DNA from: an uncultured virus (IMG/VR IMGVR_UViG_3300037245_004196)
Lineage: Duplodnaviria > Heunggongvirae > Uroviricota > Caudoviricetes
IMG/VR virus record: IMGVR_UViG_3300037245_004196
Direction: 5' to 3' (one strand)
DNA: 20,000 nucleotides
Every line of letters begins with the position of its first letter. Position 1 is the first letter of the stretch. Of this stretch, positions 1-9,143 are shown in pieces. Both the position numbers and the translations under genes were made by a program. The notes under the pieces were generated by a model that was given only the letters and a program-made list of their open reading frames with translations, was not told where the DNA came from and did not search any database.

Positions 1-498
1 TTACATGAATTTTTAGATGAAGGAGGATACTTTGAAGCACCAGCAAGTACGGCCTTTCATGGATCAAAAATAGGGGGATTAGCTGAACATTGTTTAGAAG
101 TTTATTCTTTATTTAATAATCTTGTCAAATTTAAAAATTTAGACGTTCCAGATGAAACAATTATTAAATGTTCGTTATTGCATGATTTCTGTAAGTTAAA
201 GTTGTATGAACCCAAAATATTTAAATCTGGGCCAAGGAAAGGAAAACTTGGATATGAAACAAACGACCAATTTCCAGCTGGACATGGAGCAAAATCAGTA
301 ATTCTTCTTCAACAAATAGGTGTTTCATTAAACCCGAAAGAAGTGTTAATGATTCAATGGCACATGATGCTTGACAATCGTGAATTCCAAAGATACCGAG
401 ACAAAATTAAAAAACTCTGTCCGGAAGCGATTCTGTTTGGTTGTTGTGATCATATTTCCAGTGTAATTGAGGAGATGAAAGTAGATGCAGACGTATAA
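1..498 (+). CDS. HD-domain phosphohydrolase (YhaM/phage HD type), 5'-truncated
   Basis: Frame 1 is open from base 1: YFEAPASTAFHGSKIGGLAEHCLEV...LLHDFCK...GHG...IQWHM...CCD. These match the APAS-H-GGL-EH, HD, H and D motifs. Confidence 0.85.
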   Translation, partial: LHEFLDEGGYFEAPASTAFHGSKIGGLAEHCLEVYSLFNNLVKFKNLDVPDETIIKCSLLHDFCKLKLYEPKIFKSGPRKGKLGYETNDQFPAGHGAKSVILLQQIGVSLNPKEVLMIQWHMMLDNREFQRYRDKIKKLCPEAILFGCCDHISSVIEEMKVDADV

Positions 499-673
499 AT
501 ACCGATGTCCTCATTGTAAGGAATGGGTCATATATAAACCACGAAAAATTCCTCAATTATATTATAGTAAACATGGAGGTTTAACTGGCCCAATGACAAG
601 ACATAAGGGATTCGCAGTAAATCTAATAAATGTCCCACATGAACCAAAATTTCCCTTTGAAGAAGATAATTAA
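485..673 (+). CDS. Small hypothetical protein with CPHC knuckle
   Basis: ORF track; GGAG upstream; overlaps the previous gene. Confidence 0.55.
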   Translation: MQTYKYRCPHCKEWVIYKPRKIPQLYYSKHGGLTGPMTRHKGFAVNLINVPHEPKFPFEEDN

Positions 674-689
674 AAATTGGTGAAAAAAC

Positions 690-905
690 ATGGGAAAAAT
701 TAAATGTACTTGTAATCCAAAACGACGAGGATGCTCTCATTATTCCGCGGGAAAATGTAGATTAACTGGAAATTCTTCTAATTTTTATTTAGCACCTTGT
801 ATTATGAAATCAAATAGTTATCATTATGCTTGTTGTATAGTATATTTGAAATTGGGAAAAGAATGGGAAAGAAGGAGAAAAGAAGAACGTGCAAATCGTC
901 ATTGA
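690..905 (+). CDS. Small Cys-rich hypothetical protein
   Basis: GGTGA RBS upstream; several Cys. Confidence 0.55.
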   Translation: MGKIKCTCNPKRRGCSHYSAGKCRLTGNSSNFYLAPCIMKSNSYHYACCIVYLKLGKEWERRRKEERANRH

Positions 906-1593
906 TGATCTGGAAACCAAGCTAATTGAAGCTTTCATAAGAAGAAAGATTGAACATCGCGTAGAACACCTTCATATCGGAGATGCTCATGTCAGCGCAG
1001 AATTACCCGTAGAGATAAAACGCATTTTTTATAATGATTCAGGGGTGTTTAATGACGTTAAAGCTTCTCTCGAAGATAGTAGGTATAGGAAACAATCAGA
1101 AGAGAGGAGAGATACCTTTAAACGAAATGCGATAATCGTTCAAATTGAAATTGATTGGAAGGATTTATATAATGAAGGATTTACTTACAATGAATTTATG
1201 GGATTTATTGTCTCTGTGCAATGGCGATACAATGGGATGTTTTATTTAACGGGTAATGTTGATGAAACAATTGACATCTTACTTTTACTTCATAAAAGAG
1301 AAATTGAAGCAGGAAGAGCGGAATCAATCAATAGACCCCCACGACCTAAATCATTACCGCAAAGACAAAGATATTTCGTCAAGGGATTTATCGGATGTGG
1401 TGACAAGATGACTGATGATTTATTACTTTTTTATAAAACAATTATTAATATCATCGCGGCCCTATTAAACGGTCATATATTAACAAGAAAGGGGTTTGGT
1501 AAGTTATTTAAAGCAAAAAATATGGAATTATTAGAAACAGAATATAAAAAAGAGGAGAAAAAAGTATGGGGCGAATCAGTCGAAAACCAATGA
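889..1593 (+). CDS. ERCC4/XPF-Mus81 family structure-specific nuclease with C-terminal HhH
   Basis: IVIDxxE, GD...VEIK (ERK variant), D..AS..D.RY..Q, then HhH-like VKGFIGCGDK and KGFGK. GTG start. Confidence 0.85.
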   Translation: MQIVIDDLETKLIEAFIRRKIEHRVEHLHIGDAHVSAELPVEIKRIFYNDSGVFNDVKASLEDSRYRKQSEERRDTFKRNAIIVQIEIDWKDLYNEGFTYNEFMGFIVSVQWRYNGMFYLTGNVDETIDILLLLHKREIEAGRAESINRPPRPKSLPQRQRYFVKGFIGCGDKMTDDLLLFYKTIINIIAALLNGHILTRKGFGKLFKAKNMELLETEYKKEEKKVWGESVENQ

Positions 1594-1763
1594 AAGTGGT
1601 CACGATCAACTTTCCTAATCAATACATGGATAAGATTAAACAAATTCAAGATCGAAAGGGAGAACCTCATAATAATTCAGAGGGTGTTCGTCAAGCTCTT
1701 TATGATTTTTTGAAGAATGAACCAAAATTAATGGAGGAATTGAGTTGCGTATCATTACAGTAA
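1566..1763 (+). CDS. Ribbon-helix-helix transcription regulator
   Basis: VVTINFP strand, helix, then NNSEGVRQALYDFL. GAGGAG upstream of ATG 1566 (alternative ATG at 1590). Confidence 0.8.
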   Translation: MGRISRKPMKVVTINFPNQYMDKIKQIQDRKGEPHNNSEGVRQALYDFLKNEPKLMEELSCVSLQ

Positions 1764-2020
1764 ATATTCCAAGACAGATTCTTAAGACTATAGATCTATT
1801 GACGGGGGTAAAGGGATTATATCCAAGTCGAAGTGAACTTATTCGGGTTGCCGTACGCGATTGGCTTATCAAGGAAATTCAAAATGCCAAGGCTTTTGAA
1901 AAGGTAATTGGTAATCCTAAACCGCCTAAACCAATCCAAAAATCCAATAACATCTGTTTTGATGATGGAACGATTGTAACTCTTAAACAACCACAGAGGC
2001 TTGTAAATGGACAGAATTGA
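1745..2020 (+). CDS. Ribbon-helix-helix (CopG/NikR-N-like) regulator
   Basis: IITVNIP...GLYPSRSELIRVAVRDWL. TTG start with GGAGG at 1733-1737. Confidence 0.88.
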   Translation: MRIITVNIPRQILKTIDLLTGVKGLYPSRSELIRVAVRDWLIKEIQNAKAFEKVIGNPKPPKPIQKSNNICFDDGTIVTLKQPQRLVNGQN

Positions 2021-2753
2021 TGGAAATTTTTCACAATGTATTATTGAAGATGCGCTTGAATATATGAAACGTCTCCCCAATAAAATATTTGATCTTTCCA
2101 TAACTGATTTTCCTTGGGGATCTGACTTTGACGCATCAAAGAAAAGAGGTTTCAGGGGTAAAAAAGGGAGTAAAACTCAAATAAATTATTATGATAAATG
2201 GAGACCGGAATGGAATCTTATAATGATTAAGGAATTACAGCGCGTAAGTAAACAAATTATTATGGCCATTTCTAAAAAGAGATTAAAATGGTGGATCAGA
2301 AATACCGATCCCGTTGGGATAATCATAGTGGCATATCCAAATGGTTATAGTTCAAGTAAAATCTCGCGTCGTGATTCTTGGACTCCTTATCTTTGTTATG
2401 GAAATTTTAAACCAAAAGAAAATAAAATTCACAATAATGTTGAAGGAATTATCATGAGTGTTGGGTTTATGAAGGGAAAAAGAAATAAACGAGATTCTAA
2501 AAGAGAATATATTAACCCTTCTCCAAAAGATCACACACTTTGGGAGATATGGGTGAAAGATTTAAAGCCCAGAATTATGTATGATCCCACTGCCGGTTCA
2601 GGATGCCTATGTGAAGTGGGAGAAAGATTAGGTATTGAAACTTATTCCACAGAAATAAATCTTGATTATATTCCAGATATTAAAATGAGAATAAGAGAAG
2701 GTATTCGCGCTTATAATCCACGCGCAATAACATATCAACAAAAACTGGGATGA
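2007..2753 (+). CDS. DNA N6-adenine/N4-cytosine methyltransferase (beta class)
   Basis: EDALEYM...FDLSITDFPW (motif IV variant), NPSPK, YDPTAGSG (motif I), TEIN. Confidence 0.85.
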   Translation: MDRIDGNFSQCIIEDALEYMKRLPNKIFDLSITDFPWGSDFDASKKRGFRGKKGSKTQINYYDKWRPEWNLIMIKELQRVSKQIIMAISKKRLKWWIRNTDPVGIIIVAYPNGYSSSKISRRDSWTPYLCYGNFKPKENKIHNNVEGIIMSVGFMKGKRNKRDSKREYINPSPKDHTLWEIWVKDLKPRIMYDPTAGSGCLCEVGERLGIETYSTEINLDYIPDIKMRIREGIRAYNPRAITYQQKLG

Positions 2754-2756
2754 AAA

Positions 2757-2924
2757 ATGGAAAAAAAGCCCATAAATTTATGTGATTCATGTACTAAAAT
2801 ACAAAAATGCGCCTTTAGAAAAAATGCCAAAATAAAAAGAGTAGAAGCATGTGTGTCTCATGATAAAGATCCATGGAACGAATTAGCGGAAGAAGAAAAG
2901 AAACAGGTGAAACAAAATGGGTAA
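2757..2924 (+). CDS. Small Cys-containing hypothetical protein (55 aa, MEKKPINLCDSC...)
   Basis: Read by hand; fills the gap between flanking genes. Confidence 0.5.
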   Translation: MEKKPINLCDSCTKIQKCAFRKNAKIKRVEACVSHDKDPWNELAEEEKKQVKQNG

Positions 2925-3105
2925 TAAAAAATTTAATTTCTTAGAGACTTTAATTGAGCGCAACGGGAGCGTTGAATCAAATATTGAATGGTTCATGTCA
3001 TGGGGATTTGATCGATCATGGAATGAACAATTACCGTATCTCTTTAAACTCATGAATAATTTAGCGGAATATCGAGAGAGATTTTTATGGATGGGAACAG
3101 CATGA
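2917..3105 (+). CDS. Hypothetical protein
   Basis: GGTGA RBS; ORF track. Confidence 0.55.
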   Translation: MGNKKFNFLETLIERNGSVESNIEWFMSWGFDRSWNEQLPYLFKLMNNLAEYRERFLWMGTA

Positions 3106-3233
3106 ATCTTGAAATGAATCTTCGGTCTACTCTAACATTTTTTAATAAGATGCTTCTCATTGTGTATGCCACAGGAGATGTTTATCTATATGATGGAAAG
3201 AAAGGGTATTTGGTAATGGAGGTTAAATTATGA
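3102..3233 (+). CDS. Small hypothetical protein (43 aa)
   Basis: Read by hand; ATGA overlaps at both ends. Confidence 0.45.
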   Translation: MNLEMNLRSTLTFFNKMLLIVYATGDVYLYDGKKGYLVMEVKL

Positions 3234-3907
3234 AAAAAAAAATGAGATATTATATTGCAGGACCAATTCAAGGGTTTCTGCGGAAAACATGGAATTTTAA
3301 GAATTATACAGAAAAACAAATTCTCTTTATGAATTGGGATGCCGCGTTAAAATGGGGCCATGAAATGGTCTTGAAATTACATCAAATGGGAATAGATAAT
3401 GTGTTTAGTCCTCAAATTTATACTATTCAATTAGCGAAAGCGGCCTATGATAAAATTGGGAATGATCGAGAGTATTGGCTTAAACTGGATTTAGGTTTTA
3501 TCGCGGATTTTATGAAAGGGGACGCACATATGGCATATGTTGAATGTTGTAAAAACTGCGACACCCCACATAAATTAGATGGTTATTATCAATCCGTTCC
3601 TAATTGTGAATGTAAAACAACATCATGGATAGTCCAACGTCAAATCTATGATTCGGGCATCACGATCTTGATGAGTAAAATCGCTTATGAAGATCAATAT
3701 CTTTGTTTACATTGTAATATTCCACTTACAGATATTAAAAAAGAGGAGGGGTATTGTGTTGCATGTACGTCAAATGAATTACTTAATATTCCACATAGAG
3801 AATGGCGTTCAAAAGGATGTGAAATTGAATATAATTACGCCAAGAAGAATCATATCCAAGTGTTAGATTTAGATTCTTTTTTGGAAAGGAGGGAAGTTGA
3901 AGTATGA
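3230..3907 (+). CDS. DUF4406/DUF1937-like (nucleoside 2-deoxyribosyltransferase fold) protein with two Cys-rich inserts
   Basis: YYIAGP, VFSPQ, YWLKLDLGFI, ITILM, WRSKGCEIEYNYAK...IQV. Inserted CxxC...CxC and CxxC...CxxC. Confidence 0.7.
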   Translation: MKKKMRYYIAGPIQGFLRKTWNFKNYTEKQILFMNWDAALKWGHEMVLKLHQMGIDNVFSPQIYTIQLAKAAYDKIGNDREYWLKLDLGFIADFMKGDAHMAYVECCKNCDTPHKLDGYYQSVPNCECKTTSWIVQRQIYDSGITILMSKIAYEDQYLCLHCNIPLTDIKKEEGYCVACTSNELLNIPHREWRSKGCEIEYNYAKKNHIQVLDLDSFLERREVEV

Positions 3908-4161
3908 ACGATATTGAGAAAATTGTAGATTTAATTCGCAGAAATTATTCTAATGATGTGGAAACACAAGACAATCATGATGGCACGGTCCTTATCCATT
4001 TTAAAAGGACCCAATTAACATGGTGGGATTTAAAATCATTTTTTACATATCATAAATTGGATCAAGAGAAATTGTTGAAGGAATGGAGAGTTGAAGCGGT
4101 TTCACGATATAATGTTAGAGTGATGTTGTGGATTAGAAAATTAGAGGATAAAAAAACATGA
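3904..4161 (+). CDS. Hypothetical protein
   Basis: ATGA overlap; GGAGG upstream. Confidence 0.6.
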   Translation: MNDIEKIVDLIRRNYSNDVETQDNHDGTVLIHFKRTQLTWWDLKSFFTYHKLDQEKLLKEWRVEAVSRYNVRVMLWIRKLEDKKT

Positions 4162-4298
4162 GTGAAAATGAGATAACAATTGTCGGACCGGGATTGGAAG
4201 CAATCCTTGTAAAAGAAGAAAAATCCAAAGATCCTTGTGAAGGTTGTGGATTTAAAGATGTCTGTAAACCGTGGGACCCAAAGGAGGTCTCAGTATGA
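4158..4298 (+). CDS. Small hypothetical protein (46 aa, CEGC...C)
   Basis: Read by hand; ATGA overlaps at both ends. Confidence 0.55.
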   Translation: MSENEITIVGPGLEAILVKEEKSKDPCEGCGFKDVCKPWDPKEVSV

Positions 4299-4654
4299 GT
4301 AAAGAGAAGATGCGTGTTTTTTGGATGAAAATATTTGATTTAATTGCCCATCTATTAATTAGAATTTATAAAAAACATGAAAATGGACATGCTTGGGATG
4401 TCATGTACAAAGACATTCACGTAGATATTAGGAGAGAAGTAGATGCAACCTTTCCTAAAGAGGCGAAGAGCTTGATGAATAAATATCAGAAACGATATCT
4501 TGAAGGGGCAAAAAAAGAAATTCCCGAAATAATCAAAATGTTGGATGATGAGGTTAAAAGAAGGGAGAGTCCATATGCAGATGGTCTTAGGATTCGATTA
4601 GGACAGACAATTGTATTATTAAAACATTATGGAGGAGATCTTGAATGGAATTAA
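4295..4654 (+). CDS. Hypothetical protein
   Basis: Start moved to ATG 4295 (GGAGGT RBS, ATGA overlap). Confidence 0.6.
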   Translation: MSKEKMRVFWMKIFDLIAHLLIRIYKKHENGHAWDVMYKDIHVDIRREVDATFPKEAKSLMNKYQKRYLEGAKKEIPEIIKMLDDEVKRRESPYADGLRIRLGQTIVLLKHYGGDLEWN

Positions 4655-4806
4655 AATATTTGGTCTTAAAATTATCGAATCGGGTTGATATTGTAGTAAT
4701 TCGGGATGAACTCAATAAGATAATAGGAAAAAGAAAACCATTTGCTTATATGTTAAAATGGAAAGATATTGCAGATATTCTTATAAATTCGGAGGATAAA
4801 TCATGA
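4645..4806 (+). CDS. Small hypothetical protein (53 aa)
   Basis: Read by hand; GGAGGAG upstream. Confidence 0.5.
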   Translation: MELKYLVLKLSNRVDIVVIRDELNKIIGKRKPFAYMLKWKDIADILINSEDKS

Positions 4807-4855
4807 CCAAAGAATGTTCAACATGTCGATGTTCCCATAAGGAGGGTTATAACTG

Positions 4856-5038
4856 ATGGGTATCCCAGATATTACATGTCCACTTTGTAAGAATCTTATT
4901 GATACAGATTGTTGCATAAAAGAAGTGGGCTATGTGGCCATCAGTTTTAAAATTGGGATTATTGCAGAAATTATTGTTAAATGTAATTCTTGTTTTAAGA
5001 AATTTAAAATAATATTTGAGGGAGGACATATTGCATGA
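4856..5038 (+). CDS. Zn-ribbon protein
   Basis: CPLC...CNSCFKKF; GGAGGG RBS. Confidence 0.65.
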   Translation: MGIPDITCPLCKNLIDTDCCIKEVGYVAISFKIGIIAEIIVKCNSCFKKFKIIFEGGHIA

Positions 5039-5337
5039 GTAAAATACCTTTTATTATTTGTAGTATTTGTGGGACTGAACTCCCCATGAAAAAATATGGA
5101 GATATGTGGTATCATGCAGGAAAATGTCCCCATTATAAGAAGGTTCCAAAGCCAAAAGTTCTTCCCCTCATGTTAAAAGAATCGTGGGCTTTATTAGAAA
5201 TGATACTTCCAACCATCGCGAAGAAGGCAATTTATATTAGATTTACTGGTAGACATGGGGAGTCTATGGAAGAATCCGTACGAATGTTGGAGTTTGCCCA
5301 AGAATATGTTAAATGGTATGAGGGGTTAAAATCATGA
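5035..5337 (+). CDS. Hypothetical protein with N-terminal Zn finger
   Basis: CSICG...HAGKC; ATGA overlap. Confidence 0.6.
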   Translation: MSKIPFIICSICGTELPMKKYGDMWYHAGKCPHYKKVPKPKVLPLMLKESWALLEMILPTIAKKAIYIRFTGRHGESMEESVRMLEFAQEYVKWYEGLKS

Positions 5338-5681
5338 AAACGAGATATTTTGTAGAATATTATGATAAAGCGGGGATGCGACAAGAATGGACTAATGTTG
5401 CTGATTCGTTTGGGCATATGGCCTATCTTTTTATGTATGCCTTGATTAACGGAAAAATGTATGAAGAAAAAGATATATTAAAAATCACAAGAGGAAGCCA
5501 TTCTCGGAAAGAAGCAAAGGGTAAAAAACCAACCCCCGTCTATTTATACTCTATTGGTTATGTTAGATGTGGAGTATGTGGAACGTTTTATCTTGAGGCA
5601 GATCATAAACATTGTCCTACATGCCGATATATTGAATTATCCAATATTTTAAAAAGAATAGTTAATGGAGAGGATGAATAA
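5334..5681 (+). CDS. Hypothetical protein with C-terminal Zn ribbon
   Basis: CGVCG...CPTC; ATGA overlap. Confidence 0.6.
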   Translation: MKTRYFVEYYDKAGMRQEWTNVADSFGHMAYLFMYALINGKMYEEKDILKITRGSHSRKEAKGKKPTPVYLYSIGYVRCGVCGTFYLEADHKHCPTCRYIELSNILKRIVNGEDE

Positions 5682-5821
5682 TGAGTTGTCCCAAATGTAG
5701 TAGTGATGATGTGTGGGATATGGGGACCTATTGTGAATGTGGGGAATGTGGCCATGAATGGAGTATCCTTACAACAATATTAGGATGGCCATTAAAAAAA
5801 TTGAAGGAGATGAATCCATGA
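5681..5821 (+). CDS. Small Zn-ribbon protein (46 aa; PhnA/TFIIS-like ribbon pattern)
   Basis: Read by hand: MSCPKCSSDDVWDMGTYCECGECGHEW...; TAATG and ATGA overlaps. Confidence 0.65.
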   Translation: MSCPKCSSDDVWDMGTYCECGECGHEWSILTTILGWPLKKLKEMNP

Positions 5822-6159
5822 GCAAAGAACAAGCAGAAAATATAAAACAATTAACTCAGAAATATGATCAATTAATTGAAGGATTGGATAAATACGATAA
5901 GATTTATTCTGATATATGTCAACAAAGCATAGAAGCAAATAGAGGGTGTTTTGGCTTTTTAGAGGATGACCCTAAATTAAAATATGGATGGTTTCTAAAA
6001 CAAATGCTTGAATCCGCGCTATTTTCCCTTCATCTTGTTATAGATGGTAAACAAGATACGAATGGAGAATGTAGTAAAAAATGTCTTGGCTGTTCTGGTG
6101 GACATTATGATAATACATCAAAAAGCTGGTCATGTCAAATGATCTGTGAGTGTAAATAA
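5818..6159 (+). CDS. Hypothetical protein with Cys-rich C-terminus
   Basis: Start moved to ATG 5818 (GGAG RBS, ATGA overlap). Confidence 0.6.
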   Translation: MSKEQAENIKQLTQKYDQLIEGLDKYDKIYSDICQQSIEANRGCFGFLEDDPKLKYGWFLKQMLESALFSLHLVIDGKQDTNGECSKKCLGCSGGHYDNTSKSWSCQMICECK

Positions 6160-6160
6160 T

Positions 6161-6481
6161 ATGAAGATTAAAAAAAAGAAATTTTTATTCCGATCCGAGG
6201 TAAAAGCGCGTTATCTTGAAGCTTTTCTTAGGGATATAAAAACAAAACCCGAGGAAGTATTTGATTATATGAGTAAATATATATATACAGAACATTCCCG
6301 TAATTATGAATTTGAAGGAGAATTGAACGGTCTTTTTGATGGTGTAATTCATGTAATTAAGGAATTATGTCCATTTGATGGGCTTTTTTGTTCATTTGGA
6401 CGTTACAATATTGAAGATGGTATTTGTAAATATTATCAATATTTTAGAGATAACCCAAAATGGAAGGAGGAATTTTCTTAA
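6161..6481 (+). CDS. Hypothetical protein
   Basis: ATG just after the upstream stop; CPFDG..C...C. Confidence 0.55.
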   Translation: MKIKKKKFLFRSEVKARYLEAFLRDIKTKPEEVFDYMSKYIYTEHSRNYEFEGELNGLFDGVIHVIKELCPFDGLFCSFGRYNIEDGICKYYQYFRDNPKWKEEFS

Positions 6482-6840
6482 TGTTGCTCTTTATTCCCGA
6501 ACATGTTCCAATGATCCTGGATGGAACGAAAACACAAACCCGTAGGATTTGGAAACGCAAACGATGTAATGTTGGGGCGATTCACCTTGCAAAAACTATG
6601 ATGTTGTCGAAAGAATATTTTGCTAAATTGAATATTTTACGGGTATGGCAAGAGCCATTAGGCGATATATCAAGAGCTGATGCAATCGCAGAAGGTTATA
6701 AAGATGGAAATGATTATCTCAATGCTTTTTTCACAATCAATAAAATAGGCCCATTCTTTCATAATAGGATTTCTTATTTGGAAGGATTGGTTTGGTGTGT
6801 GGAGTTTAAACTTGTAGAAGGTGGGGGAGTAAATGAATAA
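6481..6840 (+). CDS. ASCH domain protein
   Basis: ILDGTKTQTRR, EPLGDISRADAIAEG, VWCVEF. GGAGG RBS, TAATG overlap. Confidence 0.9.
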   Translation: MLLFIPEHVPMILDGTKTQTRRIWKRKRCNVGAIHLAKTMMLSKEYFAKLNILRVWQEPLGDISRADAIAEGYKDGNDYLNAFFTINKIGPFFHNRISYLEGLVWCVEFKLVEGGGVNE

Positions 6841-7000
6841 AAAGAAGACACAATACCGCTTTGGGGTTATGATAGAGGAATTTGTCAATGATGATCATTT
6901 TGAAATCGTCCATAATTATACTACCACTAAAATAATGGATTTTGAAACAGCTAATATTATTTTTAATGCCTTGAAAAAAGATATGGTGAAATTAATATGA
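6833..7000 (+). CDS. Small hypothetical protein (55 aa)
   Basis: Read by hand; GGAG RBS; coupled to the next gene. Confidence 0.5.
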   Translation: MNKKKTQYRFGVMIEEFVNDDHFEIVHNYTTTKIMDFETANIIFNALKKDMVKLI

Positions 7001-7290
7001 AACACAAGAATAAAAAATGGATTTACATTAATAAATGCCCGTTTCGAACAGGAAGCAGTATTGCTCAATGTATTCATCCCACCAATGTTCACGAAGGAAA
7101 ACCACACGATTGTTTATTGGCCCCTTGCCCCTTTTATCGTACTGGACATTATATTTTAATCGAACAATTCGCAAAGGGAGAGAAGATTTGGGTATGGCAA
7201 GCGCGAATGCGAAAAGAGGCAGGACCGGTGGACATTCATCCAACCAAAGTTGTTATTGATGATACACCATCAAAATGGGAGGGTTCTTAA
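6997..7290 (+). CDS. Cys-rich hypothetical protein
   Basis: CPF...C.HP...C...CPF; GGTGA RBS. Confidence 0.6.
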   Translation: MKHKNKKWIYINKCPFRTGSSIAQCIHPTNVHEGKPHDCLLAPCPFYRTGHYILIEQFAKGEKIWVWQARMRKEAGPVDIHPTKVVIDDTPSKWEGS

Positions 7291-7526
7291 TGGAACATCG
7301 TTGTGTGAAATTTACGACAAGAAATATAGAAATTTTATTTAATGATTTGTGGAAGGAATGGGAATGTATTACTCCTTGTGTGAGGTTTCAAATTAATGCT
7401 TGTCCCTTTTGTGAATTACATCTGGAAATTGAGCCATCAAAAGATTGGATCAAAAAGAATTGTTGGATTGAAGAAGAGGTGAAAATAACTAATGGACAAA
7501 ACAGAAAAATTATTGATTTCAATTGA
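7290..7526 (+). CDS. Cys-rich hypothetical protein
   Basis: Start moved to ATG 7290 (TAATG overlap, GGAGG). Confidence 0.55.
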   Translation: MEHRCVKFTTRNIEILFNDLWKEWECITPCVRFQINACPFCELHLEIEPSKDWIKKNCWIEEEVKITNGQNRKIIDFN

Positions 7527-7597
7527 CAAATCGTTGAAAGCCTTATTGAAAATAAAGAAAGATCAAATAAGAGAAAAGAAAGAATGGAGGAAGAGAG

Positions 7598-7951
7598 ATG
7601 ACCCTAAAAGTAATATTTGATTATCATGATGGATTGTTCCAAGATTTTATTATTGTATTGCAAGAGTTATTTAAAGGGCCAAAATGTGTAATAAATAAAA
7701 TCCTCATTCCAATTACTAAATTTGATGAATCTCCATTTCTTTATGATGAAATAGATATGTGGTTAGAAGAAATTTATGAGAATTGTCCTGATCAAGATAT
7801 TCCGGAAGAATATCTGGAACTTGATGATTATTATAAAAATCCGGATGATCCTAAGATGACCAAAAATACTAAGAAACATGAATTTTGTGGATTGAAAAAT
7901 AATACTGATGATTATTCATGTAGTTTTGATGAATGTCCAAAAAGGAATTGA
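7598..7951 (+). CDS. Acidic hypothetical protein
   Basis: GGAGG RBS; ORF track. Confidence 0.6.
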   Translation: MTLKVIFDYHDGLFQDFIIVLQELFKGPKCVINKILIPITKFDESPFLYDEIDMWLEEIYENCPDQDIPEEYLELDDYYKNPDDPKMTKNTKKHEFCGLKNNTDDYSCSFDECPKRN

Positions 7952-7957
7952 AGATAA

Positions 7958-8233
7958 ATGACAACCAAATGCCCTAAAGAATTGAAAATTAAAATAGAGG
8001 AATATATTCATGGAGAGTATCATTTTGATGATAAGAAATGGAATGATGATTTGTTTGTAATTATTGATAAATATTATGAGGAACATCCAATCTCTAATGA
8101 GTGTGAATGGTCCAATTGTCATAATAAGCGTAAACAACATGCTGTGAATGGAGCGGGAGATATAGTATATTCTCTTTGTGAAGAACATCTTAAATGGTAT
8201 AAAAAACATGTAAAAAGTTTTCAGCTTTTATAA
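7958..8233 (+). CDS. Hypothetical protein with C-x4-C...CxxH finger
   Basis: CEWSNC...LCEEH. Confidence 0.6.
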   Translation: MTTKCPKELKIKIEEYIHGEYHFDDKKWNDDLFVIIDKYYEEHPISNECEWSNCHNKRKQHAVNGAGDIVYSLCEEHLKWYKKHVKSFQLL

Positions 8234-8246
8234 AAAGGGGATCTTA

Positions 8247-9143
8247 ATGAAAATTGGATTAATCAATGTAGATAGTAAAATCCCGAATTTGGCCCTCATG
8301 AAAATATCTGGATATTTTAAAGCACGCAATCATCAAGTCGAATGGTTCAAACCTCTCTATGCTTCTTCTTTTGATAAGGTTTTTGCGTCTAAAATATTTA
8401 CATTTACCCCTGATTATGGTTATTATCCCGTCAATGTGATTAAAGGTGGATCCGGTTATGATCTAAATAAAGTTCTTCATCGTGATGTTGAACACCAATT
8501 TCCAGATTATACCCTTTATGATATGGATTATGCAATGGGCTATTTAACCAGAGGATGTTATAACAAATGCCCTTTTTGTATTGTGCCTCAAAAAGAAGGG
8601 AGACTTCATAAACATGCGGATCTGGATGAATTTTGGGATGAGCAAAATAAGATCATGTTATTGGATAATTCCTTAACTGATTTTATAGAGGCAGAATCGT
8701 TATTGACGCAAATAAAAGATTTAGGTCTTAGATTAAATTTATCTCAAGGGTTTAATGTGCGAACTATTCAACCTAAAATAGCGAAAATTCTTTCAGAAAT
8801 TAAATTATGGCCTACTAAACAATGGCATATTGCTTGGGATAATATCAACGAAAAAGATAAAGTATTGAAAGGAATTAGGACATTGAATAATGCAGGGATT
8901 AAGAATTGGAAGATTATGTGTTATGTTTTAGTTGGATTTAATACCTCACAAAAACAAGACCTTCATAGGATAAATCTTTTAGAAAAATTAGGGGTAGACC
9001 CTTTCGTAATGACTTATGTTAAAAACAAGTACACGCGCACATTGTCTAAATGGTGTAATCGCAAACCAATCTTCAAGACTAATCCGGATTTTTTACAATA
9101 CACTAAATTATTAAAAAATTATGGAGTAAAAGATAATGGCTAA
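8247..9143 (+). CDS. Radical SAM protein (phage-type, degenerate B12-binding-like N-terminus)
   Basis: TRGCYNKCPFC (CxxxCxxC); N-terminal PNLALMKIS; LLDNS, QGFNVR, AWD, YVLVGF. Confidence 0.9.
   Translation: MKIGLINVDSKIPNLALMKISGYFKARNHQVEWFKPLYASSFDKVFASKIFTFTPDYGYYPVNVIKGGSGYDLNKVLHRDVEHQFPDYTLYDMDYAMGYLTRGCYNKCPFCIVPQKEGRLHKHADLDEFWDEQNKIMLLDNSLTDFIEAESLLTQIKDLGLRLNLSQGFNVRTIQPKIAKILSEIKLWPTKQWHIAWDNINEKDKVLKGIRTLNNAGIKNWKIMCYVLVGFNTSQKQDLHRINLLEKLGVDPFVMTYVKNKYTRTLSKWCNRKPIFKTNPDFLQYTKLLKNYGVKDNG

Noticed and set aside
889..2753. Restriction-modification pair (nuclease plus MTase)
   Set aside because: The nuclease is ERCC4/HhH structure-specific type rather than a restriction enzyme; the MTase is probably an orphan.
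7492..7620. 42-aa basic ORF (MDKTEKLLISIDK...) with GGTGA upstream
   Set aside because: Plausible, but it overlaps both neighbours by more than 20 nt and has no motif, so support is too weak to list.
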